Below are positions 6,886 to 15,678 of a stretch of 32,000 nt of DNA, piece by piece; position 1 is the stretch's first letter, and each line of letters begins with the position of its first letter. Source of the DNA: Aeropyrum pernix K1 (GTDB taxonomy: Archaea > Thermoproteota > Thermoprotei_A > Sulfolobales > Acidilobaceae); NCBI RefSeq assembly GCF_000011125.1, contig NC_000854.2:1380001-1412000 (forward strand), in the 5' to 3' direction. Under the pieces are notes generated by a model. The model ran no database searches. It saw nothing but the letters and a program-made list of their open reading frames with translations, and was not told the origin of the DNA. A program made the translations under genes and the position numbers.

Positions 6886-9732
6886 ATGGAGGAGTCTGCT
6901 GTTCCAGGGTGGGTTTTAGAGCTGCTGCGTGAGGCCGGATACAAGAGTCTGCTGCCGATACAGGAGAAGGCGTTCCCAATTATATATAGGGGTCTTAACG
7001 CCCTGGTCGTAGCGCCAACTGGCTCGGGCAAGACTGAGGCGGCTCTGGCCCCGCTGCTAGCTAGGCTGAGGAATGGGAGAGTGGCTAGCGGTGGCGGTGT
7101 TAAGGTAGTCTATGTTACACCCCTTAGGGCTCTCAATCGGGATCTAGAGGGTAGGGTTGAGAGGCTGGCGGGCCTCTTCGGCTATACAGTCCAGGTTAGG
7201 CATGGTGATACCGTCCAGTCTTCAAGGAGGAGGTTCCTTGAGAGGCCGCCGGATATAGTGATAACGACTCCTGAGAGCCTGGCTCTGCTTCTCACTGTTA
7301 AGAGGGCTAAGGAGGTCCTGAAGCAGGCTAGAGCCGTTGTTGTGGACGAGATTCACGAGTTAATGGAGAGCAAGAGAGGGGTGGAGCTCTCTCTAAACCT
7401 GGAGAAGCTGGAGCTCATGGCCGGGAGGAGGCTCCAGAGAATTGGGCTCTCGGCGACGGTGTCTAGGCACAGCCTCTACAGGGCAGCTTCCCTCCTAGGC
7501 GCTGGAAGGCATGTCTCAATGGTGTTAGACACGAGCCCCAAGGAGTATGATGTCAGGGTTGTGGTAGTGGGCGATGAGGGGAGATTTTGGGAGAACAGTG
7601 TTAAGGCTATAGCAGAGCTTGTAAAGGGGGAGGGGGGCTCCGTCCTCATATTCGCCAACACAAGGTCCACAGTAGAGACTCTAGCCTTCGCACTTTCCCG
7701 GGAGCTAGGAGAGGAAGTGCCAGCACACCACGGCAGCCTCTCACGCCATGTCAGGGAGCGTGTTGAGAGGGACTTCAAGGAAGGCAGGGTTAAGGCTATA
7801 GTAGCGACTAGCAGCCTCGAGCTGGGTATAGATGTGGGTAGGGTAGCCCTTGTTGTCCAGTTCCTCTCCCCCCGCCAGGTGACAGCTATGGTTCAGCGGG
7901 CTGGTAGGTCTGGACATAGGTTCGGGGAGAGGAGTAGAGCGGTGATAGTCACGATTGACAACGTTTTCGAGGTCCTCGAGTCACATGTAATAGCGTTTAG
8001 GGCTATGAAGGGAGATCTAGAGGACATCAGCATACCCAAGAAGCCTTACGATGCCCTGGCCCACTTCATGGCGGGGGCAGCCATAGACTCCGAACCCCCC
8101 ACCCTCGAGGGAGTATACAAACTGGCCGTGTCCACAGCGCCCTACGAGGACCTGAAGATGGAGGAGGTGGAGGAGATAGCAAGAGTCTTGAGCGACGTGA
8201 GAGTTATACGCCTCGGCCCCGGCGGCAAGCTAGGCAGGTCCTCTAGAACCTACAGCTACTTCTACAGGGTCTCGATGATTCCCGACGAGAAGACGTTCAA
8301 GGTTCACGACGTAGTTTCCGGCAGGGACGTGGGGGAGGTGGGCGAGAGGTTCATACAGCTCAGGCTCATGAAAGCTTCCGACCCTCGGTCAAAGCCTTAC
8401 ATAGTGCTTGGCGGTAAGGTGTGGAAGATCCTGGAGGTCGACATAGACGCTGGTAAGGTTCTAGTCTCGCCCGAGGGGGAGGTTGAAGGGGCTATTCCAG
8501 CCTGGGAGGGGGAGCTGATACCCGTGGACTTTAAGGTTGCAAGGGAGGTCTGCAGCATCATGAGCCTTGCCATGAACGACATGGAGGCTGGTGCTAGGCT
8601 CCTCAGGGCTAGGAGGCTAGATGAGAAGGCTATGGAGAGGGTCCTGGACGTCCTGGGCGAGACCGGGAGGCTATGGGGCACGGTGCTCTCGTGGAGAAGG
8701 CCTGTTGTTGAGGAGGCTGAGGGGCTGGCCATACTCTATGCGTGCCTCGGGAGCAGGGGCAATTTCGCCCTGAGCCTCTTGCTTTCCAAGCTGATGGAAG
8801 GCAGCGTCGCAGTAGAGTTCCACTACATACCCTACGCAATAGTGTTCAAGTCGCCCGCCTCAAGGGGGCTGGGGAGGCTAGTAGCTCATTCCCTGAAAAC
8901 CCTCGCAAAACTCGAGCCCGCCGAGAGGCTCGGAATGCTGTATGATGCAGTCAGGAGGAGCAGAGCCTACCTGGTTAGGTTCTACCAGGTGGCTAAGAGG
9001 ATGGGTGTTGTGGATCCCGACGCAACCCTCTCCCTCGATATTATAAGGAAGATGGCAGACGCTATGCAGGGAACGCCTGTTGACATCGAGACAGTTAAAG
9101 AGCTTGTGCATGAGAAGCTGGATATAGACGCTCTAAACAGATTCCTAGACGATGTAAGCGATGTAGCCGTGGTGGAGCTACAGCGCCTCTCCCCCCTCGC
9201 CAGGGAGACGCTTACCAACCCCTACCTGAGGGTGGATGCAGCGGTGAGCCTGAAGACTCTGGGTCTAGACAAGATAATAGAGGCCAAGAAGAGGAGGCTG
9301 TCGGAGAAGAGGATCGTGTTCTTATGTATCTCATGCGACAAGCGGCATGAGAAGAAGGTGGCAGAACTCCCCCGCGGAACGGCATACAGATGTCCATACT
9401 GCGGCTCTCTAGCCCTGGCACCCCTGCCTCCTACGGAGACAGGCGAGAGGCTCGCAGAGGCGTATACGAGGAAAAGGAAGGGTGCTAAGCTTTCTCGGGA
9501 GGAGGCGAAACTAGCCCGGGAGGTTGAGGAGAGGGCTAGACTCTACATCTCACTGGCTGTTGAGGGTAAGGCCAGGTATATTGCTGAAGCCCTGTCTGCG
9601 CAGGGCGTTGGGCCTAGGAGGGCTAGAAGCCTTCTGAGGGAGCTCCAGCTCTACGGCGAGAACCGTTTCTACCTTGCCCTCATAAAGGCTGAGGAGGACT
9701 ATGTATCCAACAGGAGGTATTGGAAGAGCTAA
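6886..9732 (+). CDS. lhr: Lhr-family DEAD/DEAH-box (DExH) ATP-dependent helicase with C-terminal zinc ribbon
   Basis: Walker A APTGSGKTEAA, DEIH box (VVDEIHEL), SAT motif (LSATV) and helicase-C motif QRAGRSGH. A long Lhr-type C-terminal extension carries CISC...CPYCGS. ATG 6886 gives the typical N-terminus MEESAVPGWVLELLREAGYKSLLPIQ. Confidence 0.9.
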   Translation: MEESAVPGWVLELLREAGYKSLLPIQEKAFPIIYRGLNALVVAPTGSGKTEAALAPLLARLRNGRVASGGGVKVVYVTPLRALNRDLEGRVERLAGLFGYTVQVRHGDTVQSSRRRFLERPPDIVITTPESLALLLTVKRAKEVLKQARAVVVDEIHELMESKRGVELSLNLEKLELMAGRRLQRIGLSATVSRHSLYRAASLLGAGRHVSMVLDTSPKEYDVRVVVVGDEGRFWENSVKAIAELVKGEGGSVLIFANTRSTVETLAFALSRELGEEVPAHHGSLSRHVRERVERDFKEGRVKAIVATSSLELGIDVGRVALVVQFLSPRQVTAMVQRAGRSGHRFGERSRAVIVTIDNVFEVLESHVIAFRAMKGDLEDISIPKKPYDALAHFMAGAAIDSEPPTLEGVYKLAVSTAPYEDLKMEEVEEIARVLSDVRVIRLGPGGKLGRSSRTYSYFYRVSMIPDEKTFKVHDVVSGRDVGEVGERFIQLRLMKASDPRSKPYIVLGGKVWKILEVDIDAGKVLVSPEGEVEGAIPAWEGELIPVDFKVAREVCSIMSLAMNDMEAGARLLRARRLDEKAMERVLDVLGETGRLWGTVLSWRRPVVEEAEGLAILYACLGSRGNFALSLLLSKLMEGSVAVEFHYIPYAIVFKSPASRGLGRLVAHSLKTLAKLEPAERLGMLYDAVRRSRAYLVRFYQVAKRMGVVDPDATLSLDIIRKMADAMQGTPVDIETVKELVHEKLDIDALNRFLDDVSDVAVVELQRLSPLARETLTNPYLRVDAAVSLKTLGLDKIIEAKKRRLSEKRIVFLCISCDKRHEKKVAELPRGTAYRCPYCGSLALAPLPPTETGERLAEAYTRKRKGAKLSREEAKLAREVEERARLYISLAVEGKARYIAEALSAQGVGPRRARSLLRELQLYGENRFYLALIKAEEDYVSNRRYWKS

Positions 9733-9893
9733 GCCTCACTTCGGGGGAAAAAGGCTATCCCCGCCTCCAGCTTCTCGGGGGAGTGTTGGAGGCCGTCCTG
9801 CCCTCGGCCAAGATTAAAAACAGCTCTAAAACAACTATATACTATCCCGGGAGCCGCATCACATATCCACTAGGGTTAAACGGGTGCTAAACT

Positions 9894-10958
9894 GTGGGTA
9901 AGGAGTCTAGACTGAAGAAGGTTGTGGTTGTTGCTGACTGGGATGCCGATGGAGTTGTTTCGGCAGCCGAGATATACTACTCCCAAAAGTACAGAGAGGC
10001 CTTCCCCCACAAGGGGAAGGCTGTTGTGGAGATGGAGCCGTCCGGCCCACGTGGATTCCAGGATAAGGCAGGTTCTCTAAGCTGCGGGGATATAGTGGTG
10101 ATACTCGACATTCCATATACAGATGAGGTTAAGGCGGGGCTTAAGACCTACGTTGACGGATGCCGGGAGAGGATAGAGTCTATACTATACTTCGACCACC
10201 ATGACTCTACCCTGAAGAGATCCAGAGAGCTCGAGGCAGAGTTCGGCATCCTCCTCTTCTACGGGGTCATGCCTACCTCCCTTATAGTGAGGAACACCCT
10301 CGAAGCCGCGGGCATACGTCTCACGCCGAGGCTCAACAACTTCGTCAAAGGCGTGGCCGTGCTGGAGGGTGGAGGGAAGGCTGTGGGGGGCTTTGTGTCC
10401 AAGAGTATTGTGAACCTTACAGCGTCCATATCGAAGACCCTCAACAGGAGGAGGGACCCCGACGTCTGGAGGAGGTATGTGGAGTGGCTCGCTAACCCTC
10501 TACCATTCGAGCCTACAAAGCTTCCGGGGACCGGGGAGACCATAGTCGAGGCCAGCCTTGAGGAGTCTAGGGAGGCTGACGAGGAGGTCAAGAGGGTGGC
10601 TACAGACCTCGCCATGTCGTCGGTGAAGCTCGGGATAGTCTCATTCGTGGACGCCAGAGGCAAGTGGAAGAGGCCAGGCGCCTCAGCCCTAGCCAGCTTC
10701 GTACATAAAATAGTGAAGACGCCGGTAGCTCTACTCTTCGAGAGAGACGACGGCGTGAGGGTTTTGGTGCTGAGGTCCTCTGCTGGCGAGGCTAAAATGC
10801 TAGCTAAGGAGCTGGAGGAGCTGGGACTCGTCGAAGACCTAGGAGGACACGAGAATGTTGCCACAGCCAGGCTAAGAGAGGACACGACTCTCGAGAGGCT
10901 GACAAAGGGGCTAAGGAGAGCCTCGGTCAGCATAGTTGTGAAGAGAAACAGAGGGTGA
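9894..10958 (+). CDS. DHH/DHHA1 family phosphoesterase (RecJ/NrnA/Cdc45-like)
   Basis: DHH motif I (VVADWDADG), motif II (VVILDIP), motif III (FDHHDS) and a DHHA1-type GGH motif (DLGGHENVATA). 354 aa, GTG start. Confidence 0.8.
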   Translation: MGKESRLKKVVVVADWDADGVVSAAEIYYSQKYREAFPHKGKAVVEMEPSGPRGFQDKAGSLSCGDIVVILDIPYTDEVKAGLKTYVDGCRERIESILYFDHHDSTLKRSRELEAEFGILLFYGVMPTSLIVRNTLEAAGIRLTPRLNNFVKGVAVLEGGGKAVGGFVSKSIVNLTASISKTLNRRRDPDVWRRYVEWLANPLPFEPTKLPGTGETIVEASLEESREADEEVKRVATDLAMSSVKLGIVSFVDARGKWKRPGASALASFVHKIVKTPVALLFERDDGVRVLVLRSSAGEAKMLAKELEELGLVEDLGGHENVATARLREDTTLERLTKGLRRASVSIVVKRNRG

Positions 10959-11000
10959 GGGTAGCGTTTCGCCCTAAACGCACCCTTATGTATTAAACAC

Positions 11001-11008
11001 TTTAAATA
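11001..11008 (+). promoter_or_regulatory. TATA-box-like element TTTAAATA in an unassigned 280-nt spacer
   Basis: This is a perfect archaeal TATA consensus-like octamer, but no annotated gene lies downstream on this strand before the tRNAs on the opposite strand. Confidence 0.3.
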
Positions 11009-11240
11009 TGCCGGGCACGGGTGGGGTCATCTCGGTCGCCCTCAGGCAGGCTACGGGAGCCGTGCAGCATACTGCCCACCTTGGGGGCATCAACTAAAGA
11101 TTACAATCACCACGAATTAAGAGGGTTTTGCCTTGACGTCTATTCTCCACCAGGCTTACCCGACGGCTCTACACCCTACCTGAAAATATGGTCTTAGTTT
11201 AATACAGGAAGCTACAAACTGATGTTTAAGCCCTCTTGTA

Positions 11241-11318
11241 TGGTGCCGCGGCCGGGATTTGAACCCGGGTCACGGGCTCGAAAGGCCCGCATACTGGGCC
11301 GGGCTATACTACCGCGGC
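11241..11318 (-). tRNA. tRNA-Glu (anticodon UUC), CCA encoded
   Basis: The reverse complement folds as a cloverleaf. The acceptor is GCCGCGG/CCGCGGC. The anticodon stem is CGGGC/GCCCG with loop CUUUCGA. The T arm is CCGGG-TTCAAAT-CCCGG, followed by a 3' ACCA. Confidence 0.9.
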
Positions 11319-11361
11319 TCCCCATTGCCGTATACATGCACTCGCGGCTTTAAGGGTTAGA

Positions 11362-11457
11362 TGGAGCCGGGGCCGGGATTCGAACCCGGGAACTAACGGG
11401 TCTCTACGGGCCAGGTCCTCTGCAGCCCGCCGCCTTAGACCGCTCGGCCACCCCGGC
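11362..11457 (-). tRNA. tRNA-Cys (anticodon GCA) with an 18-nt intron at the canonical 37/38 position (about 11402..11419), CCA encoded
   Basis: Acceptor GCCGGGG/CCCCGGC with discriminator U73, the Cys identity element. Removing AGGACCTGGCCCGTAGAG yields anticodon stem GCGGG/CCCGT and loop CTGCAGA. The T arm is CCGGG-TTCGAAT-CCCGG. A bulge-helix-bulge can be drawn around the intron. Confidence 0.8.
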
Positions 11458-11508
11458 CCCAGTTAGTGTTTAGGTTGTTAGGAGGTTTTAGAGGTTCACA
11501 TCAGGGTG

Positions 11509-12837
11509 TCAGGGCGTGATTCTCTCTGTGTCTCTGGGGAGCATTCTCGCCTCCCTGATGTTCTCGAGCTTTAGGGTCTGCATCACTATCCTCTCTAGAC
11601 CCATTCCTGCGCCGCCGTGTGGTGGCGCGCCGTGCTTGAAGAAGTCTAGGTAGAACTGGAAGCTCTCGGCGTCTAGCCCCTTGTCCCTCAGGTTCTCAAG
11701 GAGCCTGTGGTACCTGTGCTCCCTCTGCCCGCCCGTCACTATCTCCAGCCCCCTGTATAGCAGGTCGAAGCTGTATGTCCAGCTGGGCTCGTCATCCTTC
11801 CTCATAGTGTAGAAGGGCCTCACCTTCCACGGGTATTCTACTATGAAGACGAAGTCTGAGTCAAGCTCCTCGCCGGCATACGCGCCCATGAGCCTCTCTC
11901 CCTCGCTATCCAGGTCCTCGCCATACTCAACCTTCTTGCCGTACTTCTCCTCGAGTATCTCATAGGCCTTCCTCAATGGTATCTTTGGTATGCCCGAGGC
12001 AGGTATCCTAGGCAGCTCTACACCATACAGCTCCAGCACCCTCCTGCCATCCTCCTCAAGCATCCGTACTATAGCTCTCATGAAGCCCTCGACATAGTTC
12101 ATCACGTCGTTGTAGCTCTCTATAAATCCAACCTCTATATCGAGGCTGTGGTACTCGTTCAAATGCCTCGAGGTGTGGTGCGGCTCCGCCCTAAAAACAG
12201 GGCCTATCTCGAAGACCCTCTCAAGCCCCGCTATGACTGCAAACTGCTTGTAGAACTGGGGGCTCTGGGCGAGGAAGGCAGTCTTGTCAAAGTAGACAAC
12301 TGGGAACACCTCAGCCCCACTCTCGGTACCCGCAGCTACTATTTTCGGCGTGAATATCTCTACGAATCCCTGGCTCCAGTAGTAGTCCCTGAAAACCTTT
12401 GCAACCATCGCCTCAAGCTCAAATATGGCGGAGACCATGGGGTTCCTTATATCAAGCCACCTGTACTTGAGCCTCGTAGGAAGGGACGCCTTCTCAGAAC
12501 CCTCGACCTCCAGGGGCAGAGGCTCCACAGGCGTGCTCAGGACCTCCAGCCTCTCCACCTTAACCTCAACACCCTCCCTTGTAGGAGCTTGCCGTAGCTC
12601 GCCTTCAACACATACAACCGACTCTAGCTTCAGGTCCTCGGCGGCCCTGAGGGCGTCTTCAGGGCTCTCCCCCCTTTTCACAGTCGCCTGTATAACACCA
12701 CTCCTATCCCTAACGAGTATGAACTTGAGCCTGCCCAAATCCCTGATCCTATAGGCCCAGCCACAGACCCTCACTCTACCGCCTACGAGGCTCTCCTTGG
12801 AGGCGATTATGTCTGCTATAAACCTGTCCTTCAGCAA
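11509..12837 (-). CDS. aspS: Aspartyl-tRNA synthetase (archaeal type)
   Basis: 442 aa with an N-terminal OB anticodon-binding domain (VRVCGWAYRIRDLGRLKFILVRDRSG). Class II motifs are present (FRAEPHHTSRHLNEYHSLD and GGAGMGLERIVM). TTG start. Confidence 0.92.
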   Translation of the reverse strand: MLKDRFIADIIASKESLVGGRVRVCGWAYRIRDLGRLKFILVRDRSGVIQATVKRGESPEDALRAAEDLKLESVVCVEGELRQAPTREGVEVKVERLEVLSTPVEPLPLEVEGSEKASLPTRLKYRWLDIRNPMVSAIFELEAMVAKVFRDYYWSQGFVEIFTPKIVAAGTESGAEVFPVVYFDKTAFLAQSPQFYKQFAVIAGLERVFEIGPVFRAEPHHTSRHLNEYHSLDIEVGFIESYNDVMNYVEGFMRAIVRMLEEDGRRVLELYGVELPRIPASGIPKIPLRKAYEILEEKYGKKVEYGEDLDSEGERLMGAYAGEELDSDFVFIVEYPWKVRPFYTMRKDDEPSWTYSFDLLYRGLEIVTGGQREHRYHRLLENLRDKGLDAESFQFYLDFFKHGAPPHGGAGMGLERIVMQTLKLENIREARMLPRDTERITP

Positions 12838-12937
12838 CTCTAGACCTCACCCCACAGGCGGCCTCGGCCTCTAGGAAGGTGTTGACACGTGGGGCTAAAA
12901 TAATGGTCTGCAGAAGTCTCGCTGCAGGATGTGTGCT

Positions 12938-13363
12938 TTAGGGAGATATTGTGACGAAGAAGATTGACCTGTATCTCGCGGCTATCCTCTGGAACTGTGA
13001 AACAGTCAGCTCATGGAGACCCTGGGGGGTATAGTCGCCCCTCACAATTATCTCAACAAGCCTCCTCTGCCAGCTGTCACCCTGCACTACGTATCTCGCC
13101 ACTCCCGACGGCGTCTTTTCATACCTGAGAACTATGGGTATCCTGGCCAGCTTCCAGAAGTATGGGGGCGCTGCTTCCAGTATCCTCTCCACCTCCTCCT
13201 TGTCTAGCGTGTGGGCCTCGCCAGAGTGTAAGGTTATGGTTAGGCGGCCTCGGGAGGCTTCATAAAGGGTCACAGTCTCCCTGGGTATGTTCTGGGCTAG
13301 CCTCTTCGCCGTCTCCCTATACCTGGTCTCGATGTATTTCTTGCTAACCCTCCCCTGCGTCAT
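12938..13363 (-). CDS. UPF0216 / DUF61 family protein
   Basis: 141 aa. The pattern NIPRE..TLYE....L.I.L..G..H.LDKEEVE.I......Y....ARIPIVL is as I remember it for UPF0216 proteins. It lies in the same-strand run after fibrillarin. Confidence 0.5.
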   Translation of the reverse strand: MTQGRVSKKYIETRYRETAKRLAQNIPRETVTLYEASRGRLTITLHSGEAHTLDKEEVERILEAAPPYFWKLARIPIVLRYEKTPSGVARYVVQGDSWQRRLVEIIVRGDYTPQGLHELTVSQFQRIAARYRSIFFVTISP

Positions 13364-13391
13364 CCGGCCTACCTACCTTCAAGCAGGCCTA

Positions 13392-14093
13392 CTACCTCCT
13401 CATAACCGCGTATATCATGGCGTGGTCCCTGTCGAAGGGGTCTAAGTGTACAACATCCTTTATCTCGAGCCCCCCGTCCATAAGGGTCTTAATCTCCCTC
13501 TTGTAGACCTCGCTAGGCTCTGTGGTAACGTCTATGCTCCTCGCCTTTATGGCCATGAGCATGTAGCCGCCGTCCCGGAGGAAGAACCTCGCGTTCCTGA
13601 CAACTATCGCCGCCTGCTCGGGCTGGGCCACGTCGGCGTAGAGGCCGTCGACACCCTCGACCAGGTGCCTATACTTCTCCGGGAACCTGGCGTCACCCAG
13701 TATTGGGAAGATGTTTCTTCTATCCCTAACAACGGTAAGAAGGTCTCTCATAACCCTCGGGGCGAACTCGACGCCGTAGATCCTGCCGCGGGGCCCTATT
13801 ATGTCGCTCATATGGCTGGCGGTGGTGCCGCTGGCGATGCCGAGGTAGAGGATCCTATCGCCCTCCTTAACAGGCAGCTCTATTAGGCCCTTGAGTAGGG
13901 CGGCGGCGAGCTTGCTCCTATAGGCGTTCCACTCCCTATACTCCTCCCCGTTATACCTGAATATCCTCTCGCCATAGACCCTCTGGCCCGGGACTAGGTT
14001 CTTAGTTGCGATCCTGAGGCTGCCATCCTCAAGCTCTACAACGTAGACTCCTCTCCACCTGTCATGCTCTCTAACGCTTACAACCTCAACCAC
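13392..14093 (-). CDS. flpA: Fibrillarin-like rRNA/tRNA 2'-O-methyltransferase
   Basis: YREWNAYRSKLAAALLKG and the SAM-binding ILYLGIASGTTASHMSDIIG motif. The GTG start has a perfect GGAGGTGA SD just after the nop5 stop. Confidence 0.93.
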   Translation of the reverse strand: MVEVVSVREHDRWRGVYVVELEDGSLRIATKNLVPGQRVYGERIFRYNGEEYREWNAYRSKLAAALLKGLIELPVKEGDRILYLGIASGTTASHMSDIIGPRGRIYGVEFAPRVMRDLLTVVRDRRNIFPILGDARFPEKYRHLVEGVDGLYADVAQPEQAAIVVRNARFFLRDGGYMLMAIKARSIDVTTEPSEVYKREIKTLMDGGLEIKDVVHLDPFDRDHAMIYAVMRR

Positions 14094-14107
14094 AGGTCCT
14101 CACCTCC

Positions 14108-15379
14108 CTATCTCCTGCCTCCTCTTCTCCTCCTAGGCGGGCGGCCCCTCCTGGGCGGTCTTGCCCTCCTGGGCTGGGGCGGCTTTTCCTCCCTCTTCCT
14201 CTTCGGCGGCTTGGCGTATATCTTCTTGATCTCGGCTATCCTCCTCCTGAGCTCCTCCCTAAGCTTATCCCCGATGAATCTGCCTGTGAAGGCGTCGACC
14301 TTAGCGGCGATTGCTAGCTTGGCGGCTAAGGCCCTGGCTATCTTGCCCCGCTGCCACTTGGGGCTCCTATGTATATCCGGGTACTGGAATATGATGCCAT
14401 GCTTCGGCGGCTTGCCGCCTGTCCTTAGCGCCCTGAAGAGGGCCTTCTCAGCGCCTAGGACCTGGATAGTGCTCGCAGGCATCCTGGCGAGCTTGTCGAG
14501 GCCTCCCGCAAGGCTTATCAGCCTGGCGCCGAGGAGCGGGCCCACGAGGGCGGTTATGTTTGGTGCAACCTCGTTCATAACCTGCTCAATATACTCCGTA
14601 AGCCTGCGCCTGAGCTGGTAGAGCTCACTGGTTATCCTCGCCAGGGTCTGGACAGCCTGTATGTCTATCTCGGATAGATCTGCCCCTATGCTCTGCTTAG
14701 CCGCCTCTGCTATGCGCCTGGCCTTCTCCTCGCTGAAGCCTAGGTCTACCAGCCTTTCCACCGTTATGTTGTCCCTGTGTCCTACGGCGGAGACTATCTT
14801 GACATAATCCTCGTGCTCCCTGACTAGGTCGTTCAGCTCTGGGAAGTGGATGCTGTACCACTCCCTAAGCCTTGCGACGAAGAGGTTCACTGTCTTGTCT
14901 ATATCGTCTATAGCTCTGATCGCCTGGGCCGCGAGCATGTCCCTCTTCTGTGCCGCTCCACGGAGCTTCCTCCTAGTATACTCGACTTCAACCTCATAGA
15001 GCCAGCTGAGAGCGTCATCCTCGCTGCCGAAGAAGCCTAGCTCCACCCCCAAGCTTACAAGTCTCTCCCTCGCAGACAGAGCAACGTTATTCCCGGGCTC
15101 TACCTTGACGCTCAAACCAAGCTTAGAGAAGTGTCTAGCCGTATCCTCGCTCTCGACAACAAGACTGCCAACACCGGATTCTACAAGCTTCTTGCCAAGC
15201 TTCTCATGGGCTAGTGTAAAACCCTCCTCCTCAAGCCTCAAAGCCTCGGTAACGGCCTCATCCACACTTCGCGGGAAAAGCTCGTACTCCTCAATACTGC
15301 CGTCATCTCTGAGAGCTACAGGACCTATAGCCAGGTCAGCAATATACACCCTGCCACCTTCGCCCAAGCCAGCTAGCAC
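14108..15379 (-). CDS. nop5: C/D box sRNP core protein Nop5 (Nop56/58 homolog) with Arg/Pro-rich C-terminal tail
   Basis: Nop domain motif AEKALFRALRTGGKPPKHGIIFQYPDIHRSPKWQRGKIARALAAKLAIAAKVD, located upstream of fibrillarin. The start may instead be the in-frame GTG at 15349 (VYIADLAIG...). Confidence 0.9.
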   Translation of the reverse strand: MLAGLGEGGRVYIADLAIGPVALRDDGSIEEYELFPRSVDEAVTEALRLEEEGFTLAHEKLGKKLVESGVGSLVVESEDTARHFSKLGLSVKVEPGNNVALSARERLVSLGVELGFFGSEDDALSWLYEVEVEYTRRKLRGAAQKRDMLAAQAIRAIDDIDKTVNLFVARLREWYSIHFPELNDLVREHEDYVKIVSAVGHRDNITVERLVDLGFSEEKARRIAEAAKQSIGADLSEIDIQAVQTLARITSELYQLRRRLTEYIEQVMNEVAPNITALVGPLLGARLISLAGGLDKLARMPASTIQVLGAEKALFRALRTGGKPPKHGIIFQYPDIHRSPKWQRGKIARALAAKLAIAAKVDAFTGRFIGDKLREELRRRIAEIKKIYAKPPKRKREEKPPQPRRARPPRRGRPPRRRRGGRR

Positions 15380-15414
15380 CCCTGACTTATACCAAAACTA
15401 AACGTCTATCGTGG

Positions 15415-15426
15415 AAATTTAAAAAT
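15415..15426 (-). promoter_or_regulatory. TATA-like element (minus strand ATTTTTAAATTT), candidate nop5-flpA promoter
   Basis: AT-rich box about 36 nt upstream of nop5 GTG 15379 in the divergent nop5/S30e spacer. Confidence 0.4.
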
Positions 15427-15478
15427 GGAAATAGGCAGGGGCTAGCGCTGGGGAATAGCTTGCTAGGACGCGGTACAG

Positions 15479-15486
15479 TTTAAATA
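15479..15486 (+). promoter_or_regulatory. TATA box TTTAAATA, candidate rps30e promoter
   Basis: Consensus-like TATA octamer 38 nt upstream of the S30e ATG. A GGGGA SD-like motif lies between them. Confidence 0.5.
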
Positions 15487-15524
15487 GCCCTGAAACAGGA
15501 TTAGACTAGGATTGGGGAAGATCC

Positions 15525-15677
15525 ATGGGCACGCACGGTAGCCTAACAAAGGCTGGGAAAGTCAGGAAACAGACACCCCGCCTACCAGCCAAGCAGAAAA
15601 AGAACTATCCGCCCAGGCTGAAGAACAGGCTGAAGTATCAGGTTAGGATAGAGAAGGTGGCTTCAGCCAGGGCCTGA
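15525..15677 (+). CDS. rps30e: 30S ribosomal protein S30e (eS30)
   Basis: The 50-codon ORF reads [63 protein letters not shown] is the eS30 signature. It falls below the ORF-track length cutoff. Confidence 0.85.
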
Positions 15678-15678
15678 T

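Noticed and set aside
9742-9763. CGGGGGA-N9-TCCCCG hairpin just after the Lhr stop as a terminator.
   Set aside because: The stem is only about 5 bp with a mismatch or bulge and has no adjacent T-tract, so it is too weak to call.
11008-11100. 30-codon ORF (MPGTGGVISVALRQATGAVQHTAHLGGIN) starting right at the TTTAAATA box.
   Set aside because: The ATG overlaps the TATA box, so a transcript from that promoter would start inside the ORF. There is no SD motif and the composition is unremarkable. A non-coding explanation is more likely.
11241-11457. tRNA pair as an integration hotspot or mobile-element border.
   Set aside because: There is no integrase, transposase, direct repeat of a tRNA 3' end, or viral or plasmid-like gene on either side. 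The flanks are aspS and a DHH phosphoesterase.
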